Under the pieces are notes generated by a model. That model was not told the origin of the DNA. It did not search any database and saw nothing but the letters and a program-made list of their open reading frames with translations. From positions 1,116,001-1,180,000 of the forward strand of contig OY730414.1 in NCBI GenBank assembly GCA_963422615.1: a stretch of DNA of 64,000 nt, given 5' to 3'. This DNA is from Longimicrobiales bacterium (lineage in GTDB: Bacteria; Gemmatimonadota; Gemmatimonadetes; Longimicrobiales; Gaopeijiaceae). Of this stretch, positions 22,312 to 33,600 are shown in pieces; within the stretch, counting starts at the first letter, position 1, and each line of letters begins with the position of its first letter. The translations under genes were made by a program, and so were the position numbers.

Positions 22312-25300
22312 ATGAAGGGAACAAGCCAACACGGCCCGCTCCTCGCCCAGGCTTTGGAAAACGTTCTGGGCAAGGCAGAAGACGGCGCCATGGCCTTCGT
22401 GCGCTGCCTGACCCCCGAGGTGGTGAAAGTCCTGGCCGAAGACGAGGCCTTTCACCTCCGGGGCTGGGAGGTCCGGCGGGTATCGAATTCGGAAGACGGG
22501 GGGCGGACGATCCCCTCGGATCAGGCCGTTGAGGCGCGCGAACGCAAGGGTACCGCCACCCTTCTCCTCGTGGACACGCAAAGCGCGGGCGCCGGAATGG
22601 ACGGCATCTACAGCGCCGCCCGCGAAGTCGGAGAGGAGGACCTGTTCAAGGAAGCGCATCGTCTGGCGGCGGGCGAGATCACGCGCCGCCTGTCCGGCAA
22701 ACACCGCAAGTACGCAGAGCGGGCGGTCCGTAAAGCCCGGGGACCTGGCAACCGCTTCCACCTCTCCCCGTGGGCGGTTTTCGACTTCTACTGCCGCGTC
22801 GCCGAGGGGCGAAAACAGGCCGGCCCCTTCCTTCACCTTCTGGGGCTCTGGCCGGTCGCGGAGCATTTGGCGGTAGAAGACCTGGAGTCTCTTGATCTTT
22901 CTCGCAGATTCGTCGACCGGCTCTTGGATCCGGCCACTTCCGGACGCACTCCGGCCGAACGGATCGATGCGTTGCGGCTCCAAAACCCTTCCGAAAAACA
23001 GAAATCCGATCTGGAGAAGTTTCTTCACCAAGCCGCAACGAAACCGGCGCGGAGCGCGCTGGCGGACCTGCAAGACAGGAAAAACCTGTGGATCGGCGCT
23101 CTCCAGGTCGAAGGCGCGGCCGGCGAGGTTACCGGGGTCGAGCTGGACCCCTGGCGAACCCGGACCGGGAAAATCCCCAAGTGGTCGGGGCTGGTGGAGA
23201 GCAGCGAGGGAGCCGATGAACCTCCGCAACTGATTCTGAGTCGGGACAGCGAATACACGGGCAGTTACGCCAAGCTGGAGGCGCGTTGGAAAGCTCACCC
23301 GAAACATCTGAAGAAGGGAGCCGCAGGGTACCGTGTCGCCGTCGTCACCGCGATCGGGGATGAAGAGATCACCTTCTGGGAAGGCCTTCATTCAGCCAAG
23401 ACGAAAGAGAAGTGCAGCTTTAGAGACGAGGATTTCACGGGTTTTGTCGAAGAAGACTCGGTGGTCTCGGCCAAGGTCGTCCTTTCCGTGATCGGAAGTG
23501 TCAAGATCCAGGATGAGAGCGAAGAGTTCGTGATCCGCTTTGGCGACCCGCCCCAGGAGACCGTCGGGGGCGGCACTCAATATCGGACTTTCAGCGAAGC
23601 TCTGATCGACCTGTCCGAGGACAAAGTCCAGGAGATGACCGCCCTTGCGACGTCCCGTCCCCAAAACGTCAAAGGGGGCTTTCTCTCGTGGCGGGCGCCT
23701 CAATCGCGAAAGAGCTTCCGCGTTTACCGACCTCCTTTGATCAAGCAGGTCGAGAACGCATGGAGGTTGCAGGGCGACGTCACGGGACGGTGGCGTATAA
23801 AAGTGCGCCAGGACGGCAAGAGACAGGGCAAGCCCAAGTTCATCCCCTTCCCCCGCCCCGCCGCCGTCTCTCCCGAAGTCTGGAACCGGGTAGACCAGGC
23901 AAGCAAGAGCATCCTCCAACGCTACGGTGACGTTGGCGGCGTGGGTCAGGTGTACGACGAAAATGGCGATGGACTTAGAGCCGCCAAGGAGTACATACTC
24001 GCTTGGACCCAACTTCTGCGACAGGGCGACCCACCTCTTGCCCTCGCCCACACGATCGAAGTCCAGACCCAGTCGGGCCAACCCATCGGCCTCATCGTCC
24101 TGCCCAGCCACCCACTGAGGATGGCGTGGCACGCGGCCTACGACAACCTCGTTCTGCATGCGGCTTTCGTTGAAGGTGCAAAGCCTAACCATCTTCGGAG
24201 AGAGTTCGAAGTTCTGGACGGCACCTTGTTCCCGGCATTTCTCCCTGGGTTCGAAGCGGGGGAAGCGTTTGTTTTTGCCGACACCCTGGGCTTCCACGCC
24301 GTGGGTATGGTCTCCGACAGGGACGAGGAACCCAAGGCCACCGTGGCGATACTGCAGCGAGCCCTGGAAGACGGAGACAGAGCCAAGGCCGGGCCCGAAC
24401 CCACCGTTGGCGCAAAGAGCGCGGAGGTTCTGGGGAATGAAGTCGTCAAGTACCTGGAAAGCCACAGAGCATCAAGAATGCTTCACGTCCACGCGATCCG
24501 ATCCGGGGATGGCAAAACGGTCGCCCGTTCATTGGGCACGGCCATTGATGGGTGGGAAAAAAACAAAGACAAGGAGACCGACGACCCTGAAGAGGATCGT
24601 TTACGGCGTCTGGCCTTCATGCTCGAGCTCTACCCAACCAGTAAACAGCGAGGGCGGGGCGTCGCCGGACGATTCATTACCGAATCGCAGGAAAAACGCA
24701 GGCGGAGAGCGGGCACGCTGGAAGAAAAGGACCGCTGGATGGTCGAATCTCTGGCCCTCCCGGGCGGCGTACGTTTCCCAAAGCTGCGGTGGGCGCGTAA
24801 GAAGGAAGAGAAACCCTGTTCTGCCGCGCATCTCGCCTTGGCTTTTGATATTTTCGACTCCCGGGTCCGAACCGGCGGGCCTGATCCATCCCCGCGTCCG
24901 TTTCATGCCTTCGGCCTGCTCTCCTTCCTGGATAGGGACTTTTCGAGCCACCCGCACCCCAGCTGGCGAAGTGCGCTCCCGGCCTGGAAAAGAGGGGAGA
25001 AGCATCCAGCGGATCGATTTCACACCGACCGTTTGATGCGTCTGCAGAATCACCTGAACGTGCTTATCGCACAAAACATGAACCCGCCCGGCGACATCCC
25101 GGTTCTTCAAACCGAGATCTCCCGGGAGAGTGCGAAGGATCTTGAGCAGCTTCACGATCTGTGTGATTGGGTCGTCACTCTGGACCGGAACGCCGGGATT
25201 GAGTACTTCGATTCCCCCCGGGACAACAGGGAGATCTACGACGCCTATGTGATTGACTGCGTACCCGAGCGGGAAGACCTGGGCTGCCTTCAGTTGATCA

Positions 25301-27381
25301 CATCGACGACCAATTTCGATGAGGTCCGTGCCTTGACCGATGAAGCGCTGCGTCGGATGGGGCTGATCCACAACCGCCAGAATGCCGAGTTCCTCATGGA
25401 GCAGCTCAAAGCCCTGAGCGGTCGCTTGGCCATCCGCCTCACCGGGTGGGACCCACGACGTACTTCGGAGCTCGTTGCGCTCGCGCTCAGCCAGGCGAAC
25501 TGTTGTCGCAATGCCGACCGAGACGATGACTGTTGGGTATCGCTCCGGGACGGCTTTTTCGTCCCGATCGATGACGTCCGCGATCTTCTTCCTCCGCTAA
25601 AAGACGAGGGAGACTCGTCCCGTCCCGATCTCCTTTACGTGACCAAAGCAGGGCGCACGGGGTTGGCCTTTCGGTTCATCGAAGTGAAGTACCGAAGAAA
25701 TCTCGGCGAGGCTCGCGCTTCTCAAGTGTTGGAGTCGGTCCGGAGACAGACCGAATCGGTAAGGCAACGTTGGTTCGATTGGTATGGCCACGAGAACATC
25801 CATTCCTTCCGGGCCATCCGGCGAGCCAAGCTCGCCCGCGTCTTGCGTTTTTATGCGGACAAGGCCCATAGACATCGACTTTCGGACGCGCGTCACTCCG
25901 GCTTGGTCCGGGAAATCGATCGGATGGTGGAGGGTGGAGAGGGCAGCCCTCTAACAGAGATCCCCAATGGCGATCGGGGGTGGGTGTTTTGCCCCGAATA
26001 CGAAGGGGCGCGCCCGGAAAAGATTTCGCCATCCGAGGCGGAGACCCAAGTCTTCCTCTTCGGCCCGGGTCTTTTGCCCGACCCCGAGCCTCCCCACAGG
26101 GTGAGAGATTCCAGCGGTTCTGATGCCGGAGGGGTGGGCTCGATCCAGGTCTCCCCACCGTCGTCGGATCCGTCCCCGGCACAGAACACCCGTTCGGACG
26201 ACCATACCGGATCGACCGGGAGCCCACCAGCCCTGTTATCCGGCGAAGATCCTGTACCTGCACCTTCTTCCCCCGTACCTGCACCCTCCCCGGAGGGTCC
26301 CATCCAACCCCCCAAGGTTATCCCTTCCTCGGAACCATTGATTGTTCTGGGCACCGACCCTTTTACCGGCTCCGATGTCAGGTGGCACCTCACCGTGAAA
26401 GGCAATCCGCACCTTCTGGTGGCGGGGCTGCCGGGAATGGGCAAGACGACGTGTCTGTTGAGCCTTTGCCAGCAAATGCTCGCAGTGGATGTTCAGCCAA
26501 TTATCTTTTCCTATCATCAGGATCTTGACCAGAAGCTCAAGCGCTTGGTCGAATCGATTCGGTTTCTTGATTTTGACGCTCTAGGCTTCAATCCGTTGCA
26601 GATCTTAGATCGTAAATCGGTGAAGCCGTATCTCGATGTCTCGGGAAGGATTCGAGATATATTTTCTGCCATCTTCCCACAGCTAGGGGACATCCAGGGA
26701 GAGGCGATTCGTACGGCAGTCAAGGAAAGCTTTATCGAGGCCGGGTGGGAAAATGGAAGCAACCGGGAGACGGCGCGCGAACCGGAGTTCAAGCGTTTTG
26801 TGGAAATTCTTCGGGATCGGGCCAAGTCGGATTCGAGACTCAGGAACTTGCTGGCGCGTCTGGAGGAGCTGAACGACTATGGTTTCTTCGACATTGGAGA
26901 GTCGCACGGAAGTCTTTGGGAGAGCCGGCACCCCGTTGTCATCCGCATTCACCGGACCCAGAGCGAAATTCTCCAAAGTGCTTTTGCCGCATTCATCCTG
27001 TACGGCCTCTACAAGGACATGTTCCGCAGGGGACCTGGAGATCACATCACCCACGCGGTCATCTTCGACGAAGCGCACCGGGCCGCCAAGCTGACCCTCA
27101 TTCCCACCATGGCAAAGGAGTGTCGCAAATACGGCGTGTCTCTGGTCCTCGCCTCGCAAGAAGCGAAAGACTTTAATACATCCCTCTTTTCGGCAATTGC
27201 CAATTACCTTGTTTTGCGATTGAATCACTTGGACGCCAAGGCGCTCGTCAGGAATGTCGCAACTTCACGACAGGAGGAAGACTTGGTGGACAAGATCAAG
27301 CAGATGAACAAATTCAAGGCGCTCTACTTTTGTGAAGGTAAAACCAGGCCTAACCAAGTGAACCTCAAGAACCTGACCTAG
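22312..27381 (+). CDS. DndH/SspH/MAD8-like large protein: PD-(D/E)XK nuclease-like domain + HerA/FtsK ATPase
   Basis: RPDLLYV...FRFIEVKYR, a Pro-rich linker, then HLLVAGLPGMGKT (Walker A), VIFDEAH (Walker B) and KECRKYGVSLVLASQ (HerA/FtsK arginine-finger region). Confidence 0.75.
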   Translation: MKGTSQHGPLLAQALENVLGKAEDGAMAFVRCLTPEVVKVLAEDEAFHLRGWEVRRVSNSEDGGRTIPSDQAVEARERKGTATLLLVDTQSAGAGMDGIYSAAREVGEEDLFKEAHRLAAGEITRRLSGKHRKYAERAVRKARGPGNRFHLSPWAVFDFYCRVAEGRKQAGPFLHLLGLWPVAEHLAVEDLESLDLSRRFVDRLLDPATSGRTPAERIDALRLQNPSEKQKSDLEKFLHQAATKPARSALADLQDRKNLWIGALQVEGAAGEVTGVELDPWRTRTGKIPKWSGLVESSEGADEPPQLILSRDSEYTGSYAKLEARWKAHPKHLKKGAAGYRVAVVTAIGDEEITFWEGLHSAKTKEKCSFRDEDFTGFVEEDSVVSAKVVLSVIGSVKIQDESEEFVIRFGDPPQETVGGGTQYRTFSEALIDLSEDKVQEMTALATSRPQNVKGGFLSWRAPQSRKSFRVYRPPLIKQVENAWRLQGDVTGRWRIKVRQDGKRQGKPKFIPFPRPAAVSPEVWNRVDQASKSILQRYGDVGGVGQVYDENGDGLRAAKEYILAWTQLLRQGDPPLALAHTIEVQTQSGQPIGLIVLPSHPLRMAWHAAYDNLVLHAAFVEGAKPNHLRREFEVLDGTLFPAFLPGFEAGEAFVFADTLGFHAVGMVSDRDEEPKATVAILQRALEDGDRAKAGPEPTVGAKSAEVLGNEVVKYLESHRASRMLHVHAIRSGDGKTVARSLGTAIDGWEKNKDKETDDPEEDRLRRLAFMLELYPTSKQRGRGVAGRFITESQEKRRRRAGTLEEKDRWMVESLALPGGVRFPKLRWARKKEEKPCSAAHLALAFDIFDSRVRTGGPDPSPRPFHAFGLLSFLDRDFSSHPHPSWRSALPAWKRGEKHPADRFHTDRLMRLQNHLNVLIAQNMNPPGDIPVLQTEISRESAKDLEQLHDLCDWVVTLDRNAGIEYFDSPRDNREIYDAYVIDCVPEREDLGCLQLITSTTNFDEVRALTDEALRRMGLIHNRQNAEFLMEQLKALSGRLAIRLTGWDPRRTSELVALALSQANCCRNADRDDDCWVSLRDGFFVPIDDVRDLLPPLKDEGDSSRPDLLYVTKAGRTGLAFRFIEVKYRRNLGEARASQVLESVRRQTESVRQRWFDWYGHENIHSFRAIRRAKLARVLRFYADKAHRHRLSDARHSGLVREIDRMVEGGEGSPLTEIPNGDRGWVFCPEYEGARPEKISPSEAETQVFLFGPGLLPDPEPPHRVRDSSGSDAGGVGSIQVSPPSSDPSPAQNTRSDDHTGSTGSPPALLSGEDPVPAPSSPVPAPSPEGPIQPPKVIPSSEPLIVLGTDPFTGSDVRWHLTVKGNPHLLVAGLPGMGKTTCLLSLCQQMLAVDVQPIIFSYHQDLDQKLKRLVESIRFLDFDALGFNPLQILDRKSVKPYLDVSGRIRDIFSAIFPQLGDIQGEAIRTAVKESFIEAGWENGSNRETAREPEFKRFVEILRDRAKSDSRLRNLLARLEELNDYGFFDIGESHGSLWESRHPVVIRIHRTQSEILQSAFAAFILYGLYKDMFRRGPGDHITHAVIFDEAHRAAKLTLIPTMAKECRKYGVSLVLASQEAKDFNTSLFSAIANYLVLRLNHLDAKALVRNVATSRQEEDLVDKIKQMNKFKALYFCEGKTRPNQVNLKNLT

Positions 27382-27390
27382 GTTGGCGTA

Positions 27391-29304
27391 TTGACGAACC
27401 CCAAGGCCGTCTACGCAGGGCGAGCCCGCCGATTCGATGAAGAAGCGGCAAGAAGGGGCCGGCTGGTTCGGGGGTACGGGCGCCTTCGCCTGATCCTGTT
27501 TTCGGTGACCGCCGTCGGCGCGTGGCTGCTGTTTACTTCCGGCCGGCATCCTTGGGGATGGCTCATGACGGGAATCGCCTTGCTGGCCTTTTTCGTCCTC
27601 ATTGCCCAGCACCGCGGGGCCCGGCGCCGACTCCGCCTTGCCGAAGAGATGGCGGCCTTCAACCGGGAGGGCATCGCCAGACTTGAGCGACGGTGGTCCG
27701 AACTGCCGACGGAACCGAACCTGCCGGTACCGGACGGCCACCCCTATGCCCGAGATCTGGACCTGTGCGGCGAAGCCTCGCTTCTGCGATTGATGGTCGG
27801 CGGGTGCGGTACCGCGCCCGGTCGTCGAACCCTTCTGTCCTGGTTCCTGGCTGGCGCAAATCTCGAGACGATCGCGCTCCGTCAAGAAGCGGTGCGGGAG
27901 ATGGCAGGTGCGGCCGACTTCCGAGACCGGCTTGCGGCAGAGGCTGGGCTGCTGGAGGACACTTCGGGACGGCGGCCGCCGAAAAGGGGAAGACGGCGGG
28001 GTCGGCCTTCCGACTCCGGGTTGGACCCGGAACCGGCTCTGGATGAGGACAGCTTCCTCGGCTGGGCCGAAGGTGAAGCCTGGCTGTCCCGGCGCCCCTG
28101 GCTCCGGGCGGCTGCGGTCGTCCTGCCGCCGGTGAACGTGGCCGCCATTGGGCTCTATGCTCTCGGGGTCGTTCCGGCTCCTGCCGTCGCTTGGCCCCTC
28201 CTGGCTTCGGTGCTGGTGCTCATGCCGCACTGGAAGGCCGTGAACCGAGTCTTCGCCCAGGCCGACGACGGCGAATCGGGCGTGCGGCGTTACGGACCCC
28301 TCTTGAGCCACCTGTCCGAAGCCGCACTGGAGTCCCGCTGTGCGACCCGCATCCGGGAGCGCCTGGGCGCAGGCGGTCGCCGGGCCGAAGCGGAGATCGG
28401 GGCGCTTCGGCGCCTCCTCGACCTGGCGGACGTCAGGAGGTCGCCCCTCTTCCACTTGCCGTTGGCTGTGATCCTCCTCTGGGACCTTCAGGTGCTTGCG
28501 GCTCTGGAGCGCTGGAAGAGACGATCGGGAGGCCACGTCCGGAATTGGGTGCGAGTCGTCGGCGAAGCGGAAGCCCTCGCCGCCCTCGCCGCCCTCGCTT
28601 CCGATCACCCTGACTGGGCCTTTCCGGAGCTGAATCCGAAGGCTCGAACCCTTCGGGCTTGTGCGCTGGGCCACCCCCTGCTCCCGCCGGAGGTCTGCGT
28701 GCGCAACGACGTCGAAGTGGGCCCCGCAGGCTCCTTCCTGCTGGTTACGGGCTCCAACATGTCCGGTAAGTCCACGCTGTTGAAGGCCATCGGGCTCAAT
28801 GTGGTTCTGGGCCGGGCAGGGGGGCCGGTTTGTGCCGATTCCCTCACCTTTCCGCCCCTTTCCGTGGTCACGAGCATGCGGGTTCAGGACTCGGTGACGG
28901 AGGGGGTGTCCTTCTTCATGGCCGAACTTCGCCGTCTCAAGCAGGTCGTAGACGCGGCAGAAGGCGGTGGGGCAGCCGAAGACGGGGACGCGGGCACACT
29001 CTATCTCCTGGATGAGATCCTCCAGGGGACCAACAGCGGAGAGCGGCAGACCGCCGCCCGGACCGTGATCCGGAGGCTGCTCGCATCCGGCGCCATCGGG
29101 GCGGTCACAACCCATGACCTTGCCCTGGCCGACGCGGAAGACCTGGTCGTCCGGGCCGTCCCCGTCTATTTCACCGAATCGGTGGGCTCCGGAGACGAAG
29201 GCCTCAGCTTCGACTACCGCCTCCGGTCCGGGGTGGCCCCCTCGACCAACGCCTTGCGGCTGCTGGGGCTGGTCGGGCTGGGAGAGGATCATCGGGTGCC
29301 ATAG
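27391..29304 (+). CDS. Membrane-anchored MutS-related ATPase (MutS domain V)
   Basis: Two pairs of hydrophobic helices, LGHPLL, TGSNMSGKST, SFFMAELRR, LLDEILQGTNS, TTHDL. No mismatch-binding domain I. TTG start. Confidence 0.88.
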   Translation: MTNPKAVYAGRARRFDEEAARRGRLVRGYGRLRLILFSVTAVGAWLLFTSGRHPWGWLMTGIALLAFFVLIAQHRGARRRLRLAEEMAAFNREGIARLERRWSELPTEPNLPVPDGHPYARDLDLCGEASLLRLMVGGCGTAPGRRTLLSWFLAGANLETIALRQEAVREMAGAADFRDRLAAEAGLLEDTSGRRPPKRGRRRGRPSDSGLDPEPALDEDSFLGWAEGEAWLSRRPWLRAAAVVLPPVNVAAIGLYALGVVPAPAVAWPLLASVLVLMPHWKAVNRVFAQADDGESGVRRYGPLLSHLSEAALESRCATRIRERLGAGGRRAEAEIGALRRLLDLADVRRSPLFHLPLAVILLWDLQVLAALERWKRRSGGHVRNWVRVVGEAEALAALAALASDHPDWAFPELNPKARTLRACALGHPLLPPEVCVRNDVEVGPAGSFLLVTGSNMSGKSTLLKAIGLNVVLGRAGGPVCADSLTFPPLSVVTSMRVQDSVTEGVSFFMAELRRLKQVVDAAEGGGAAEDGDAGTLYLLDEILQGTNSGERQTAARTVIRRLLASGAIGAVTTHDLALADAEDLVVRAVPVYFTESVGSGDEGLSFDYRLRSGVAPSTNALRLLGLVGLGEDHRVP

Positions 29305-29316
29305 GAAGGCCCAGCC

Positions 29317-30099
29317 ATGCGTCCCACCCTCTCCACCCTCGCCCCCACGGAGGTCCTGTTGCGCGCAGGCTTTCGCTTCGGACCCAGGGGCACGCAGAGC
29401 AGCCGCACGATCATGCTGCGCGAGTTGACGGAGCTCTTCGCAGTCGTCCCGCCCGACGCAGGGCGCGACGCCTATACCGATGCGGTCGTGGAGGAGAACG
29501 CGCTGGGAAAGGCGACGCTGGCCACGCGGCAGACGTCGCGGCAGCGCCTTGCCGAGATGTACGGGCTGGACCCCCGCCTCGCCCTCTTCCGCGTCCTTCG
29601 GCGGCTCTGGGACGCCGACCGGACAGGCCGACCGTTGCTCGCAATCCTCTGTGCCCTGGCCCGGGACCCCCTTCTCCGCGCCACGGCCGCGCCGGTGCTG
29701 GTGCTGGACGAAGGCGAACCGCTGATCCGACCCGCCTTCGAGAGTGTCCTTCGCGAATCGGTGGGCGCTCGATTCAACGACGCGAGCCTCGCCAACGTGG
29801 CAAGCAGGGCGGCAAGCTCGTGGACTCAGTCCGGCCACCTTGGCGGCCGCATGAGGAAGGTCCGAAGGCGTATCGAGGCCACGCCGGGGGCTCTGTCCCT
29901 GGCCCTTTGGCTGGGTGAAGTGGAGGGGTTGGCAGGGCTGTCCCTCCTCGGTTCGCACTGGACCGCTGTCCTCGACCTTTCGGGACCGGCCGCGCTTCCG
30001 GTAGCGCTTGAAGCCCGAAGGCAAGGCTTGATTCGCGCCAGGGCGGCCGGCAACATCATCGAGATTGACGCCCAAGGACTGGACATCTACCGCGCATGA
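29317..30099 (+). CDS. brxA: BREX BrxA-like protein
   Basis: 260 aa with SSRTIMLREL, ENALGKAT, ARDPLLR and ASSWTQSGHL. First gene of the brxABC-pglX-pglZ-brxL order. Confidence 0.7.
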   Translation: MRPTLSTLAPTEVLLRAGFRFGPRGTQSSRTIMLRELTELFAVVPPDAGRDAYTDAVVEENALGKATLATRQTSRQRLAEMYGLDPRLALFRVLRRLWDADRTGRPLLAILCALARDPLLRATAAPVLVLDEGEPLIRPAFESVLRESVGARFNDASLANVASRAASSWTQSGHLGGRMRKVRRRIEATPGALSLALWLGEVEGLAGLSLLGSHWTAVLDLSGPAALPVALEARRQGLIRARAAGNIIEIDAQGLDIYRA

Positions 30100-30650
30100 G
30101 CAAGATCGGCGACCTCGTAGCGAGGTACGAATACCACATCGGAGCCCCGTGGCCGCGCACCCTCGCCGGCGCACAGCGGGTGACGATGGTCGTGTATCCG
30201 AAGGAACGGGAGCGGGTGCTACGGGTCCGGATCCACGACTTCGAGCAGGCGACGCGGCGAACCGGGCACGGGTGGCGCGGCGTGGACTGCACCCCTTGGT
30301 TCGCCGAATGGATGGCAGCGGAAGAGTACCGCGACGCTTACTTCGAAGACCCGGAACTCCTCGAAACGAAGCTCGAAGAGGAGTTCAGCCGCGAGGCGGC
30401 AAGGCGCTTGGCCAACGCCCTGGACCGGGAGGACGACAACACGGTGGTCGCCCTCTTCGGCGTCGCGGCACTTTACGGATTCTTGCGCGTCTCCGAGCTC
30501 GCCCTCGCCGTGGAGCCGTCAATCCGGGGTCGCCTCGTCGTCTTCTTCCCCGGCACCAAGAACGACAACAACTATCGCCTCCTCGACGCCCGCGACGGTT
30601 GGAACTACCTCGCCCAGGCAATTACGCTCAACGAAGGATGGGTGCCTTGA
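30096..30650 (+). CDS. brxB: BREX BrxB (DUF1788-like)
   Basis: 184 aa with GRLVVFFPG...NYRLLDARDGWNYLA. 4-bp overlap with brxA. Confidence 0.85.
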   Translation: MSKIGDLVARYEYHIGAPWPRTLAGAQRVTMVVYPKERERVLRVRIHDFEQATRRTGHGWRGVDCTPWFAEWMAAEEYRDAYFEDPELLETKLEEEFSREAARRLANALDREDDNTVVALFGVAALYGFLRVSELALAVEPSIRGRLVVFFPGTKNDNNYRLLDARDGWNYLAQAITLNEGWVP

Positions 30651-33600
30651 CTCCCTTGATGATTCACGACCTTCTCATCCGTGACCCCCGCACCGCTCGC
30701 CTGGCCAACAACGGCCAGGCGCGGATCGCCAGCGAAGACGACCAGGGGGCCCGGCGGGAGCTGCGCGCCGAAGTGGAGTCCTTCGTCTGCCGGGGACAGT
30801 TCGTGGACGCCCTGGAGAGGGTGCTGGAACGATACCTTGCCAACCTGGATGCCTCCCGCCAGGACTCCGTTTGGGTCAGCGGTTTTTTCGGCAGCGGCAA
30901 GTCTCACCTGCTGAAGATGTTCGCGCACCTTTGGGCCAACACCCGCTTCGAGGACGGGGCCACGGCCCGGGGATTGGTTCCCGGCGGATTGCCTGCAGAG
31001 GTCCAGCCCGCGTTTCGGGAACTTGACACCCGGGCCCAGCGCACGGGCAAGCGGCCGGTTGCGGCCGCCGGGACCCTTCTGGGGGGGAACGTCGACCACG
31101 TCCGCCTGGCCGTTCTGGCCATCCTCTTGCGCGCCCAGGGCTGGCCCTCCCAATACCCCCAGGCGCGCTTCTGTCTCTGGTTAAGAGAAGAAGGACTGCT
31201 GGACCAGGTGAAGGCCGCGGTCTCCGCTACCGGAAAAGCGTGGTCGAAGGAGCTCAACAACCTGTACGTCAGCCCGGTGATCGCTCGGGCGCTGATTGCC
31301 ACCAGCCCGAATTTCGCCGCAGACGACCGGGCGGCGCACCAGCTGCTTCGGGCTCAGTTTCCCCGGCCCGGCACCGACATTACGACGGAACAGTTCACTG
31401 CCGTCGCCCGCCAGGTGCTGGCCCCCGACGGGGAGGTCCCCCTCACCGTCCTCGTCCTTGATGAAGTGCAGCAGTACATCAACGAAGTCGGAGATCGGTC
31501 GGCGGCAATTACCGAACTCGCCGAAGCGATACAAACGGAGTTTTCCAGCCGGGTTCTGCTGGTGGCATCCGGCCAGTCGGCCCTTGCCGCCGGGACGGAC
31601 GCGCTACGATGGCTCAGCGACCGTTTCCGCATCTCGGTGCAGCTTACGGACGCCGAGGTGGAAACGGTCACCCGGGAAGTCCTCCTTCGCAAGAAGGCGA
31701 CGGCGAACCCCCGGATCGAGAAGGTGTTCGAAGTGCACGCCGGGGAGGTCGCCCGCCACCTGCAAGGTACCCGCCTGGCGGTCCGAAACGAGGACAAGGA
31801 GCTGCACGGGAAGGACTACCCCCTCTTGCGCACCCGACGCCGGTTTTGGGAAGCGTGCTTTCAGGCGGCGGACCTTCCGGGTACCCACAGCCAACTTCGT
31901 TCGCAGCTCCGTATCCTTCACGACTCGCTCCAGCGGATCGCCGAGCGGGAGCTCGGCGCCGTCATCCCCGCCAACGACCTCTACGAAGCGATGGCCCCCG
32001 ACCTCGTCAACTCGGGGGTTCTTCTTAACGAAGTCAGCACCCGCATCGCCAAACTCGCCGACGGCACCGAAGCCGGCGAACGGCGCCGGGACCTATGCGG
32101 AGTCGCGTTCCTGATCGGCAAGCTTCCCCGGGAGGGCGGGGCGGACTTGGGACTCCGCGCCAACGCCGATACCCTGGCCGACCTGCTCGTGGACGACGTC
32201 GCCGCGGATTCGGGCATCTTCCGCAAGAGAGTTTCCGACACCCTGGAGGAGCTGGCCTCGGAAGGCATCCTCATGAAGGTGGCGGGCGAATACCGCATCC
32301 AGACCACCGCGGGGGCGGACTGGGATCGGGCCTTCCGCGAGCGGCGCACGGCCCTTGGCCAGAGCCCCATCGAAGAAGCCACGCGCCGGGGGCAGCTCCT
32401 GCGCGCCGCCGTCGAAGACGTCATCAAGGGGATCCGGCTTCGCCACGGAGACTCCAAGGTACGCCGCAAACTGGGCTTGTACGTGGACAAGGAGCCCGAC
32501 GGGAGCGGGAGTGGGGCCGTGCCCGTCTGGTTGCGCGACGCGTGGTCGTGCCGGTGGTCCGAGGTGCGGGGCGAAGCGAGGCGGAGGGGGTTGGAGGACC
32601 CCGTGATTCACGTACATCTCCCCAAGCGGAGCGCCGCGGAGCTCCGGCGTCACATTCTGGACGAAGCTGCGGCGGGGCTGGTTCTGGACGAGCGGGGGGT
32701 CCCGACTTCCGCCGAAGGGCGGGAGGCGTACGACGCGATGAAGAGCCGGCGCGCCGCCGCCCAGGCGGCCAGGGACGGGATCGTCCGCCAGACCCTGCTT
32801 GCCGCCCGGGTCCTTCAGGGTGGGGGCCACGAACTTTACCCCACCGACTTGCACGCAAAGATCGAAGAAGGGGCGGGGGCGTCTCTGATACGCCTCTTCC
32901 CCCGTTTCCCGGAGGCGGACCACCGCGCCTGGGGCGTTGCCCTGAAACGGGCCCGGCAGGGTTCGGACACGCCCTTCCGGAGCGTGGACTGGGACGGGCC
33001 GACGGAGGAGCACCCGGTGGCGAAGGAGACGCTGAAGACGATCGGAACCGGCAAGAGGGGAAGTGCAATCCGCACGTCCCTCGAGGCGCCACCGTACGGT
33101 TGGCCGCGGGACGCCATGGACGCGGCCCTGGTCTCTCTGCACCGGAGCGGCCACCTCCACGCCGAACGGGACGGCAACCCGGTTCTGTCCGGCGCCTTGG
33201 ACCAGACCGCCATCCCACGGACCACCTTCCGGCCGGAACGCATCCGGCTGACGACCAGGGAGCGGATCGCCCTCCGGGGGCTCTTCCAGGAGGCCGGCTT
33301 CCACGTAAAGCCCGGCCGGGAAGAGGAGACGGGCGCCGAGTTCCTGGGCAGGCTGCGGCGCTTGGCGGAGGAGGCCGGGGGCGAAGCGCCTCTGCCGGAG
33401 CGGCCGGACACCGGGTTGGTGGACGACCTCTCGCGGTTGTCGGGGAAGGAGCAGCTGGCGGCGATCTTCCAAGCGAAGGAGGAGCTTTCGCAAGCGTTCG
33501 GCGCATGGACCCAATTGGGCGAATGGGTGAGAGAGCGGGTACCTGCGTGGGAGCTGGCGGGCGCGCTACGCCGTCACGGGGAGGGTCTGGACGAGGCGAA

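Noticed and set aside
18635..27381. Calling the triplet a canonical Dnd phosphorothioation system
   Set aside because: No cysteine desulfurase, PAPS-reductase-like DndC/SspD or DndD genes are in the window.
27391..29304. Calling this gene mutS or mutS2
   Set aside because: It lacks the mismatch-binding N-terminal domains and the Smr domain, and it has TM helices.
30065..30646. N-terminal extension of the 1350-aa BrxC ORF in the track
   Set aside because: It overlaps brxB in another frame and is Arg/Gly-rich noise. BrxC-like sequence starts at about 30647.
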